Source of the DNA: Hemiscyllium ocellatum
Taxonomy: Eukaryota
Assembly: GCF_020745735.1 (NCBI RefSeq)
Contig: NC_083417.1
Span: 48,360,001-48,424,000, forward strand
Reading direction: 5' to 3'
DNA: 64,000 bases
Below are positions 25,415-37,557 of this stretch, piece by piece. The translations under genes were made by a program, and so were the position numbers. The notes beneath the pieces were generated by a model. It was not told where the DNA came from, made no database searches, and saw nothing but the letters and a program-made list of their open reading frames with translations. The first letter of the stretch is position 1; every line of letters starts with the position of its first letter.

Positions 25415-25453
25415 CACTGATGATGTTCCCTAGCCAGGGAACGAAACGTTTGC
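25414..25453 (+). ncRNA. Minimal type I hammerhead ribozyme directly after the ORF stop codon
   Basis: CTGATGA 25417-25423, stem II GTTCCCT/AGGGAAC, GAAAC 25443-25447, palindromic stem III AACGTT, GUU cleavage triplet, stem I GCA/TGC. Confidence 0.88.
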
Positions 25454-26599
25454 AGCAAAAACTTCCAGCTCGGCGAACAGAACCACAACAACGGACACCC
25501 GAGCTACAAATCTTCAACCAGACTCTGTATTATTAATTGCTGCTGTGAAAGTGTCCTATCACCAACCACTAGTTTTTGTGAACAGATTGTGATCCCACCC
25601 TTAATGTTCAACTAAACTGTTACCATTAAAACTACATTTTGGAGGTTGGTGCCAGATATTCTGGGAACTGCTAGGATTTGAATGTACTGAACACTCACCA
25701 ATGCCCTCCTCTTTCCAAGGTGCTCAGCTCATCTAAGGAGTCAAGGAGTATCCCTTCCAACTCATGCCACCTGCAGGAAATTCACCGATGGATCAGAACA
25801 AAGATCTAAAACACCTCACATTTTCACCAGGGCCATTGTGAAACAAACTATGGGCCTCCTGAAGATCAGGTTTTAATACCTAGATCTCTCTGACAGGGCT
25901 TGCAGTGTAACACAGGCAGATTGTCCTACATCATTGTGGTGTGCCGTGCCCCTCAAAACTTTTACATCAAAGGGTGAGGTCCTGGATGCAGACAAGGTGG
26001 GGGGCAAATAAAATCCTCTAACAATGAGAATGAGGTTGAGAATTAGGAGAATATCCAGAGAAGCCATCCATGACAGGAGGGAAGAACAATGTTTTGGATG
26101 GCCCAAGAGACCAGAAACCATTATATGATCTGCTTCTAGGATGACTGGGCTGAATTCAAACTTTCTTTGATTGATTACACAATGAAGCTGCTCATCTATC
26201 AGTTAGCCTATTGCTTCATGTAAAGGACGTGTCTAACTCTTGGCTTTCTGTTATTCATTTTTTGTCTTGAAGATTAAAGCTTACATTATCTTTGTTAATG
26301 TAGGAATGATACCTTGAGTTGAACCAAGACTTATGCAATTATGCATAAGTCTTATGCAATTATGTTCTGCATCATTGAAAAGCAGTGAGACAGTGCACTT
26401 ACATTGAATAATGCTAAAAGTAGGTAGCTCTGAAAGCATCCCAGAGGATGTGACATGAGTCATGTGTGGTCCAGTCTGTCATGAGAGTTATTACACTGCA
26501 ACAAATTCTCAAAAAGCTCATTTTGATTATTTCTTTATGTGCATCTTTTCAACGCAACAGAGTGAACAGACACTCTTAAGTGCCTTAAATGCTCGATCA

Positions 26600-27500
26600 T
26601 GCTCTACGACAGTGCTCAACCTGAACAGGCAAATGGAAATATATAGTCAAAAATGATGGCTTATTTGTAAAGATGTAGCAGCCATACCACACATGCATCC
26701 TCAATATGTTTCCTTCTTCCTCTCCCTCCCATATGTCTAGATGCAGTCCCAACATCCATAGCTGAGGTGGAGAGATTTGGTCTACGGTTGACTTTCCTGA
26801 TTTCGAAGTCTTGGAAAGTCATCCCCTGGTGTCTTTTGTCATAGAGAGCCCAGACTTATGCAGCTGTTCTCTGAACATTTTCAAATGTTACTATGTTCCC
26901 TGGAATAGCTCTACAAAAGGAACAATATTTCTCTACTGAGATGTGTGGAATAATCGATGATTTGTACACTCACCCATGAGTTGAATATAAGCATCAAAGG
27001 ATGTATGTAGGCCATGGCCTGGCACATTCCTGCACATTGCCTCTAGCCTTAGTGTCCTCTACATTAACATGGAATATCTTGACTTCAGTTCTCAAAGTTA
27101 ATGTTTAAGTATTTCTGAACTATGAGAATATCTGCAGTCAAAGGTGAATTTTAGATGAACAATGTTTGTTGATTGCAACTCCTTATATCCTTGGGATGTA
27201 TGAAAAGGCACCATATCTCTCACATTGACATGGCTGAACCAGGTCCTACAGTGTAATAATGCAAGTGAAAATATGTTGTCAAATATGGTGGCTTATTTAT
27301 AACAATGGAGCACTCATGCCACACATGTGCTCTTAATATGTTTCCTTCTTCCTCTCCCTCCCTTTATGGCAAGATACAGCCCCAACATCCACAGCTCAGG
27401 TGGAGAGAGTTGGTCTGTGGTTCATTTTCTTGATTTGGAAGTCTTGGACAGTCATCCCCTGGTGCCTTTTGAGATAGAGAGCCCAGGCCTATGTCAGCCT
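26600..27500 (+). repeat. Diverged approx. 250-bp direct repeat (approx. 26600-26865 and 27245-27500) inside the Harbinger relic
   Basis: Shared aatatgtttccttcttcctctccctccc, cccaacatcca, gaagtcttgga, agtcatcccctggtg, atagagagcccag. Confidence 0.85.
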
Positions 27501-30120
27501 CCTGCCCAGAAGCAGCTCACTCTTCTCGGCTTTGAACTGCTAAGGACTTTGAGATTACAGGCAGGGGGGTGTCTGATGGCCAGGCCCCTCAGGAATATTC
27601 TAAGAAGAAACTTCCAGTATGTCTATTTGTTATTCCTCTTCCATGTAGGTGCCTGCTGTCACAGTCCTGTCGCCCTGAGGGAAATAGGCACCTACAGGAC
27701 CGGCTGAGATGTCTTCTCCCTCCCTCAACTTGACAATGATTCTGAGCACTTTTAGCTAAATGCTTGGCATACAAGACCAAACACAGACCAGGCAACCACT
27801 GAACAACTGACTTGGGTCTTCAAGGCAGCTGTCACTCTTTCCATGGACACGGCGAGGCAGTTGTGTGCCAGAGTCACCATAGGAGATATTGGAGGGCTCC
27901 GCCATCTTTCATTCCTGGCTACTAAGGACGTCCGGCACACCTGCCTGTTGTTTCCGTGCTTTTCTCTGCAGCTTGACCACATCACTTCTGGCTAAGAAAC
28001 GAGGCACATTTTCTGCATGGGACTGAGCAAATGCCCAGTCTCTAGCAGTGCTCTGAGTACCAGAGACCTTAGGCAATTCTTCCTTGACCAGCTGGGGAGA
28101 CGTGTGGCTAATGTACATGCTTGATCATGCTCCTGAGTCTAATCTATGCATGAGATAAAAGCCGCTTGAGTAACTGGAGGTGGTGCATTCTTCAAGAGTT
28201 CACAGGCTTTTACTTCAGAGGTGGAACTGTGATTGAGAGGTTCAGGCTGTTGCCTCTACCTTCCGGAGGTTCCTTGGGTACTACTAGCATTTCTTAAGAG
28301 AAATATGGAAATCAGTTGGAGAAGATGGATGAAAGCTTGTGCAGAATAAGAATGAGTTTGCACTAATGGCTACTAGAGAAGAGCACAGCAAAAATCAGCT
28401 TATGGCATTGGTGGTCCAGCATAGTCTCCCTCTCATCCCTGGGATAGTCTTGCTCTTCCACAGCCAGTTTAACTATCTTCTCAAACACAGATTGAGAAGC
28501 CCAATATCTGCCATATCCTGTTTCCCTACCTATTTTAAGACTCTCAGCCAGCTGTGGGCTTACCTTTCCTACAAGCAGACAATGGGAAAGACAGAGTATG
28601 ATGGAAGATGTTGCAAGAGCAGTTAGTTGTCATGCTTGAGCAGGAGAGGCAGCGGAGTGAGATGCATGTGTATTAGCAGAGTTACAGTGATAGATAGACA
28701 TGTGAATATGAGGTAGAGAGAGATTGTGCCATCTACCATTGTGGAGCAGAGCTCAACCTTCTTGTGGCACTGCTGATGATCGTTATTGATGATTGAGACA
28801 ATATTGACCTGTGTTACTACTTCTGCCCAGGCTGGATTAATCAGACTAGGTGGTCTCATTTTGCAATCAGTTAAGAAGTGGACTGCCCACCAGTCCCTCA
28901 AGAGTTTTCTCTGGGAAGCAAGGAGAAGGCGTGTCTTTCTTTAGTGACATGTGATGAGACCTCAGAGGCAAGTATTACAGTAAAAGGAGCAGTTCCTAGC
29001 TTGCAGCATCTGAAGTGGTGTCCAGCTGTGCTTGAAGTATGGCTGCAGAGCCTTGGAAGCAGAAAGGTCCCAGCAGTGGTGAAAACTTCTGTCTCACTGG
29101 CTATGCGATATACTGCTTGTATAATTAATAAGGTGAGAAGCTCCTGACCGTGAAAGATAACTCACCCTAGGCCATGATGGATATGATTCCATGAAACTCT
29201 TTCATCACCACTTTTTAACTGCAAATGGGAAAATCCAGGCAAGAGCAATTTTGTGTGTAGGCGGAAATAGTCTTCCAGCTACACAAATTAACTCTGCTTA
29301 TTTTTTATAAAATTAACTAAAGCACATAACACAGCTAAAAAAAAGGCCCAAAAGCCTACAAGCCATCAAAGTGACTCAGCAAAGTCCTCTTATTTGTAAT
29401 CTATACTTCAGTGATTAGTGGCACCTAGTGTATTGATAAAGGATATTCTTAGCTGATAACAGCATGAGGCCACGAAATATTGGACTGTAGGATTTACTGT
29501 GCACTATCCTGCACATATTTCTTACAACCCAAGATTCGTAATTCAGAATATTCTAGTTTTATCTTTTAAACTTAAGTGTTGCCTCTCTTCAGCACACACA
29601 TAAACTGATGTATTTTTTCAGTGTACTGTGTTAATAAAGTTGCTTTATTTGAAAATAATAGCTAGCATGTTTAATCAAATTTTGTGACATTTGCACTATG
29701 TGACCTATATAAGCCATAATCCATTCCTAAATCTACCAAAAATACAAATATAAGGCAATTCTTCTGAAAATGCTTGCGGTAATTGGTTGCAAATCCTCAA
29801 ATTAAATACTGAAACCAACATTATGATAAGATTAACAAAACATACCATCAGAATTTGCAATAGGCAACATATCATAGTTTTTAAGGCTCTGATCCAGAGT
29901 GTTTATTATTTAACAAAGTTTTTAACCAATACACTTTCAAATGACACTAATACTGAAAACTTTAATAATATTCATACAACATTGGACAATGGTTCCAGGG
30001 TCTAAATATACCTATTCATTCATCTTGAAACTTTTAAGAGGACATATGACTTAATATCTTTGAAATCAGTAATGGATTACCAACTCAAACATTTTGTGCT
30101 AATGAGTTGTATTAACTTAC

Positions 30121-30234
30121 GGTATCAGTACAGTAATTATAACAGTGGTTGGTTAAAAATACAGACAGTGAACCATTACAGCTAAAGTGATTCATCACCT
30201 TAACAGCGCTGAACATTTCCAGAGAATGATAACA
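30121..30234 (-). CDS. Candidate internal exon, 114 nt, phase 0/0 (CYHSLEMFSAVKVMNHFSCNGSLSVFLTNHCYNYCTDT)
   Basis: Acceptor poly-T + cag, donor ACC|gtaagt, only one open frame; peptide not recognised. Confidence 0.3.
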
Positions 30235-32254
30235 CTGAAAAAAAACCTTTGTCTAAATTCTAATTAATATGCACATGTCAATTAAAATGGGTTATTACCT
30301 TATGCCACAGGGTCACTGTGGCAAATAAATTTCCCCACTAGTCAAATTTTATAAAAATTAGACATTGTACATGCATGTTAAAGTGAAAATCATAATTAGT
30401 GCTTCTTAGCCACATTTTGCATATATTAACTAAGGTTAATTGTTACTGAAAACTACATAATATACCGGCTCTAAATGTTTCAGTCTTCATATTTCACTGA
30501 AAAAACTGTTACTTATCACAATATATGCGAATTAACTTTACAATCAATGATCATTGCAGACGATGATAAAAAATCAACAACTGCTCAAATTTTCAAGTTA
30601 GAATAGTCTTGAATACAAATTAATGACAAAAAAGTTGCTATGGCCCACATGACAGAGTCTTAAACATAATCAAACAATTATAAAAATGAATGCTATCATA
30701 TCCACCAAAAAAGTTCCATTTTGTAAAGTGACAGAAGAGAATCTTTAGACATGGTTTGGAAATAAGTAGAAAAATATTTTAAGAATTTTCCAAGTAATTT
30801 TTACTTAAGCCATTCAATTGCATTTTGTTGCCCATCGATTGAACTATTCGAGACTGCAACAATACTTGTTGCAAGTTTATTTCTCATCTTATCATTTCAA
30901 CAATGCTGTTTTCTCTCTGTTCTTATTTTATATGATTACTGTTTCTACCCACTATTGGACAAAGTAATTCTCACAATGACTTTGATTAGCACAGTAATAT
31001 TTAGATTATTTCAGATCAATATAGTAACTGGTAAACTGTGTGATGTGCACATTTGTCATATTTAATGGACCATATTTTGCTTTGAGCAATGAGCTTTTGC
31101 TTACTGGATCTATACTTGTCCATATATTTGCCAAAAAATGAAAACAAAAATTGCCATTAGTAGGACATCCAAACAATGTGGCATTCTCTACAGAGATCTT
31201 TACAAATAGGGCAAACAATTTAGTATAACATTAACCAATCAAATTGAAGAACTGTTAAAAAAACCTGGCAGCAAGACTGAAGTTGGCATAGTGAAATGAG
31301 GGGTAAAGAAACACAGGATGAAGAGATTAAAAATAAATCAAAAGCAGGAAAAAGTCACATGTTGGTTTAAATCAATAACAATAATTAAAACCTAGAATTA
31401 ATGCTTGCTAAAGGTAGCATTTAATGCCAGAGAGGTTATTAGCAGTAATTAGGATTTATCAATGTGTGAAAAGGGTTCTTAGATGGGAAAGGATAAACTC
31501 TGACACTTATGTTGAGTGTAGTTCTTATCCATTATGTCAATACAGGAACCTCATACTGTTCAACACATTTGTATAGATAGTTAGATTGAAAGAGATTATG
31601 TTCATACAATTTATGAAGGAGTGTCTGTAGCTCAAAACAGTGACTTCCAAATTTCCAATTTTAATTGCATATGTCCACTCACCAAATGTTGCCATCAGTT
31701 TCATGATTATTTTCACAGCAAAATGTGTAACAACAAGTGGAATATTTTTAAAGATCCCAAATTCAAGGTCATGGAAAGCAAAGAATCATATGAAGGAACT
31801 GCCAACCAGTATTCTTCTCTGAGAAAACAATAACTAACATTTCAACTATAATCAACTATTTCACGAGCAAAGAATTTTATAAAGTGGCTAAGTAATTGCA
31901 TATCATACTGGTTCCTTATATTTACTTTAGTCTATATCTTTTGCAAAACAAAACTATAATAGGTCTGATGTTTCCAAATATTGAATCAAACATTTCGATT
32001 GTTTAATGTCTCATATTTTATTAAATTAAGCTATTATTGCTGAGAACTTATTTTGAATAAACTTACATTGTAATCTTAAAAACCAACATTGAAGCAGCAC
32101 CACCAATAAATTCATACAACATAACTGAAATCCTTGGAATGGAACAGATGATACAAAAGCATCAATGTTAACAGAGTGCGTCCAAGGTGAGAGGGGGACA
32201 CCTTGAGTCAAAAAGTTATATCAGAGCACCTCTCTCTTATTTACTAGCATATTT

Positions 32255-33050
32255 GTAAAGCGACTTCAAGAGGAGTTGAACATGCTTAGTGAATGGACAA
32301 GAACATGGTAGATGGAACATAATGGGGAAAATTAGTTTGTTTGCTTTGGTCAGAGAAACAGATGTGCAGAGTCTGCCTTAAAATGATAAGAGACTGGGAA
32401 GTGTAGATGTATAAAGGGATCTTGGTGGTCTTGCTGATGTCACCGGAATCTTAACCTTTATTGCAAGAGGATTTAAGTGCAAGAGGAATGAAGTCTTGCT
32501 TTAATTTTACAGAAACTTGGTTACACTGTTCCTACAGTACTTCGTGCAGTTTTGGACTCCTTATCACAAAAGGGATATTATTCCCATAGATGGAGTGCAA
32601 TGAAGGCTCACCAGCCTTGTTTTTGGGATGGGGGATCTGTTCTATGAAGAAAGATTGGACAAATTGGGTCTATAATCTCTAGAGTTTTTAAGAATGAGGT
32701 GACCTCATTGAAACTTGCAAAATACTTGAAGGGATAGACACGGTAAATGCATGGATGTTCTCCCTGGTTGTGGAGTCTAGAAGAAGGATTTTAAAAGTAA
32801 GGACTTACATCAAAGATGATTTTTTAAAAACTTTACTCAGATTCTTGTGAACCTTTGGAGTTCTCTATCACAGAGGGTTGTGAAAGGTCAGTCTTTGAGT
32901 ATGTTTAGAGACTGGTAGACTTCTGATTAACCATGGCACACAAGGTTATAGGGAGGGGGTAGGTAAAAGGAATGTTTACCAGCCATGATGGTATTGCATG
33001 GTGGGGCAGGTTCAGTCGGCTGAATGGCCTATTCCTATTTCAATGTTACT
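32255..33050 (+). mobile_element. Decayed CR1 LINE 3' portion
   Basis: cttagtgaatggacaagaacatggtagatggaa, gaggtgacctcattgaaact, tail ggctgaatggcctattcct. Confidence 0.8.
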
Positions 33051-33299
33051 ACTTACTTACCAATCTTGTCTACTTCTTCTCTAGGTCCTGCAAAGGCAGG
33101 ACGCTCTGAAGGGCTCTGTTAACATACAACAATATGGAAGAATTTTCATGGACATTCCTTTCACAATATCTACACTTCAATGTTGGCATTCCTATAACAT
33201 CTTTAATTATGATCTTGGTGGCTATTATGGACCACGCCAGAACCCCCCAAAAAGTTTTAAGAAGGTAGCCCAGATCTTAATTTTTTTTCTCATTTTAAA

Positions 33300-33613
33300 G
33301 GGTGGCACTGTGGCTCAGTGGTTAGTACTGCTGCCTCACAGCACCAGAGAGCCAGGTTCGATTCCAGTCTCGGGCGAATGTCTGTGTGGAGTTTGCACAT
33401 TCTCCCCGTGTCTGCATGGGCTTCCTCTGGCTGCTCCAGTTTCCTTCCACAGTCCAAAGATGTGCAGGTCAGGTGAATTGGCCACGCTAAATTGCCCAGT
33501 GTTAGGTGTATTAGTCAGAGAGGAAATGGGCCTGGGTAGGTTATTCTTCGGAGGGTTGGTGTGGACTTGTTGGGCTGAAGGGCCTGTTTCCACACTGCAG
33601 GGAATCTAATCTA
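33300..33613 (+). mobile_element. HE1-type V-SINE
   Basis: A box tggctcagtggtt, B box ggttcgattcc, V-domain tgtgtggagtttgcacattctcccc, HER1-like tail ending atctaatctaa. Confidence 0.95.
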
Positions 33614-33619
33614 AATGCA

Positions 33620-34148
33620 GATGTAAAGTGGAGGGATGTAGCTGGTCAAACCACTCAACTTTAAACAGAACAGAATTTATTTAAACAGTACCATTGAAAT
33701 GCAAACAAAAGAAAACAAAATTTAGAATAACTTAACTATTTGAAAACCCAACAGACTCTATCGCACCTTAAGAAACCTATTCCAATGCCTGCAATATCCC
33801 ATAAACACACCCCTTGGAAAAAGGTGAATTAAAACACAGGTTCTTACAGGCAGGAGAGATTTCAGACAGAAAGTTCAGGTAAGACGTCTGTTGAAGCATG
33901 GAACCTCTTTTCCCAGCAGTTTTTTTTGACTGCCTGCAGAAACTAAACCAAACTAGAAAAAATTTGAACTGGCCACCATCTCCCCCACCCCCTTCCCCCT
34001 TTCATTGTACATGAAAAAAAGCTAAAGACTTCCTCTGATTATTGACTTAGGTAGTTTCCATTAGCCATTTTGGCACCACTGCCTTTACAACCCCTCTCGA
34101 AACAAACATAGGACAACATACCCTTATTAAATGGGCAGTATTGTCACA
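33620..34148 (-). mobile_element. Possible solo LTR
   Basis: TG...TCACA ends, antisense AATAAA near 33676; no TSD confirmed. Confidence 0.3.
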
Positions 34149-34189
34149 GTGGCTTCATAGCTTCCACTAAGTTGCTCCAGAATACTAGA

Positions 34190-34800
34190 GTTATGGATGG
34201 GTGTTATGAGCCAAGTCTGAAGAGCGCCCCCCCCTCCCCCCCACTAAATATCCTGTCATGTTCCTCAGGATCAACAGATGATGGATTAGCACAATATCTA
34301 AGGACATACATACTGCGATGATCATCTGGGTACTTTGCAACGGTGTGCATGATCCAATTTCTATGAGCAACCATCAATTGCACATTAATGGACCAGGGTA
34401 CCCTTTTCAACTGATCATATGATGCCCTGTCCTAATAGTTACACATATTTAGTGATGGATGCCTGGCATATGGGGGAAGGTGGCTACTTCCAAAACATCA
34501 AAAGAGGTAGTGGCAACGAAATCGACAGCTACGTTCACTTAGAGCCTCTGGCCAAATACAGTGCCTAGTAGTACCAACAGCAGGTATCCTTGTAGGAATG
34601 TGCAGATGTCCAAGATAGCTTGCCTGATACACTCCTCTGCTTTTAGGTCCAGGAAAGTTACAGTGACCCTGTACATCCTGAGTAGTGAATATGGCCTATG
34701 ATCACATTCCCACCTAATATCCCAAACCCACCAGTCTCACCTTATGTCTTCTGAGAGGCACAGCTCCCTCAGGCTCTTGCTTTTCTTCCAACAGTTCCTC
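34190..34800 (-). mobile_element. Harbinger transposase remnant
   Basis: ORF 34204-34410 SINVQLMVAHRNWIMHTVAKYPDDH...YVLR resembles the HARBI1-type DDE segment SINVQ..CD....I..V.A.YPGS.HD..ILR. Confidence 0.75.
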
Positions 34801-37557
34801 AATCCAGAAGAAAAAAACAGTAATTACAGAACTCATGGATGGTAAGAGAAACTTGCTGAGGTAAGGTAAGGCAAAGAAGATTGAAGTGACCGGATGCTAG
34901 AGTCTTTGGTTAACCATATTGTGATGATCCAATGATCTACTAAACTGAAACTATATTCCCTTTTAACACAACAGCAGCGACATGATACCCACCAGCTTCA
35001 AACATTTTGCATCACTCAAAATAATTATGTGCTGTCAATTACACAAGCTGAGACTTTTGACTGATTATCCTAGGACAGCTGTCAGCCTGAACAAGTTTAA
35101 TGCGACAGAAAAATGGCATTGAGCACAGAATATGCCAGGATCATGGCACAAACAGCAAATCTCAATTTTAACTGCATCTGTCTCATTCATGTTGGGTTTG
35201 AATCCAAATTTGCCTCATTAGCACCATTCTCAGAATAATAATTAAATCATGAAAGTGAGATATAATTTACAACATGCATCTAAGATTAGACACAGAGACA
35301 CATATTCCTTTCACAATTTTGAATGTGGCCAATTTTAAGCAACGTTTGTGCTGAGAAAGAAACACGATGTGAAGCTGCTTTGGGACTGGTTTTTCAATCC
35401 TACCTTAAATGAGTGTGGAGATTGTGGCAATTTCAAGTTGATGTGACTGTTTACTGTAACTGAAGCTGGTGCTACTGAGTTCATTTCGTCAACCTCTCAG
35501 CCAGTACCACTTAATAGAGTGATTCTTGATACAGTAGAAGTCCTGACAAAGTGACATTCCGTCATGCCAAACAAGATTTCTATATAAAGTAACTATTGTA
35601 CATAGGTTCTCTAAACAGTAAATTGGATACAGTAGGGTTCTTTTTATGATAGAAATTACAGTGCTAGTGCAGTATGGTTGTTATCATGTATCACTGGGGC
35701 AGATAAATAAAGTACTCTATTAAAAGAGTACATCAAACAATACAGCAGAAAAGCCCTTAGAATTTAAAAAAATGTTCTTGTAAAAATTGCAAAAGCTCTT
35801 TTATTTGCTTAGTGAGACTTCGGCTACTGGAATGGCTCAAACATTTTTCAGTGTCATCTTCCAGTTGGTAAAGGTATTTGTTCCATATTTTAAAATATTT
35901 TCCTAATTTTCCTGGGATGAGTACAACAAATGGGCTCCCAATTTTGAGACTAAATTAAATGACCAGTGAAAAACTGCATTCAAAAGGAGCATGTCCAGAC
36001 ATTTTTGCACCACTGATTATCAAATCATTCTTCTTTGAAGCATGATTCCCCGTTGAGGTTGTGGATCACTGAATTTGCCCTTTAATATCTATTCTATTTT
36101 CAGTGACACTTATCTATTATATATAAAGTTCTACATACAACTCACATCACACTTTAGATCAATAAGTCGCCAGTTTACATCCATTATGACTATACATGCC
36201 TTGCCATTGAAATCCCTGGATCTACACTTGAACTCACTCATTTTTAAACACTTGAATGCCCAATTTCACCTTCTGAGATTCATGACGACTGAGAACAACT
36301 TGTTTCAATGTTCTGACTTGATTCCACAGTCTTTGTCAGATGTTGTCAAAATCACCACTATCCTCAACATTTTGGTTTTCAGATCCTTTCACAGCTCCTG
36401 CAGAAACAGTTGATGGCCTAGAAAAAGGTGACTGATGGGCTGCTTTCCATTGCTGAAGATTATGTGAACATTTTCTGTGATGCTGTCAGTAATAATGAGC
36501 TTAGGTCTGAGTCACTGGCTGGCTTCCTACAAGTACAGGGTGTCAGTGAATACAAGTACTTGGCAATCTCCACACCCTAGATAAGCCAGGAGCTTTCATG
36601 AACCACAAGAACTCCTGCTCCAACTTGCAACCACGAATGGATTTCCTCTAAATGCACACAAGATTCCCAGGGATCGACCATGACATTTTAATCCTGGAAC
36701 TCTCCATGTTCCCTGTCATCATTGAATGGTAAGCACACACAGGATTGGGTTGTTTGGTTGTTCTGAGACAACAGGTGCACATGCCAAATTCAGAAGATGA
36801 TGCCAGTCAGAAAGTTGACTAATAACACCCAACAGTGCTAAAATGAAAGCCATATGACTACAGATGTATGATCAAATAAGTAATGGCATTTTGGACATGT
36901 CCTTCAGGTGTTCAAACAAATCTAGAGTCATTCTGCAGCATGCCACAGCCAGGTCTCCCAAATTGTTGCAATGTGCTGCACTCTGTACAAATTTGTATGG
37001 CTTCCAGCAAGGTTTGGACCTGTGAGAAGCAAAGGCTGAACTTAGATCTCTTCAGACAATTCTAAGGAAAAGCAGGATACAGATGTGGATTAATGAAGAT
37101 AGTGAGACACATGGATTACTAGCTATCCACATTTTTGCGCAGATGTCAGGGCTGCCTTTATTAATAAAAGGTTCACTTAGATTGCATCAGCGGACAGATG
37201 ATAGAAGTGCATGCAACAACCACAGCTCATCTCTGTAACCATCTTCTACAATATCACTGACTTCAAGCAGTCCTAGAGCCAACTGACCCCACTTTGGACA
37301 TTCTTTAATTGATCCTCATAAAATTACGTTTTCCCATTCATCACATATCGAATAAGTAAGCAGCAGCTGCAAAAGTATAATACCTATGTGCTAAAGTGCA
37401 GAAGCATTGCAGTTCCTTAAACTTTTTAACTGCTTCTCGAGGCAAACATTCCTCCACCTTCAGCAGTGACAGAGGCAGGCTCCCTTTATTGACTGCTGAG
37501 ATGCTCTTGGTTGATGCCTTCTGGGTTCTGAAGCTCATAATGGCCTTGCCTGTATCT

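Larger units (their letters stand above)
23084..25522 (+). mobile_element. Young Penelope-like retrotransposon (Penelope/Poseidon group), 5'-truncated, with an inverted pseudo-LTR arm
   Basis: TSD ctctgtattatt 23072-23083 / 25523-25534; arm 23082-23772 is antisense to 24798-25488; uninterrupted RT-EN frame. Confidence 0.97.
22880..29240. mobile_element. Decayed PIF/Harbinger DNA transposon: transposase (+) and Myb/SANT-like gene (-), interrupted by the PLE
   Basis: LNVQLNC..ILEVGARYSGNC (approx. 25600-25675), TRAIVKQTMGLLKIRF..LD (approx. 25826-25885); Myb-like AWAEVVTQV...QQCHKKV in ORF 28623-28901; possible end ggaaaatccaggc at 29228-29240; left end not found. Confidence 0.75.

Noticed and set aside
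33300-33375. tRNA genes at SINE heads (also 40430-40502, 54955-55025)
   Set aside because: A/B boxes run straight into the V-domain and LINE tail, so these are SINEs
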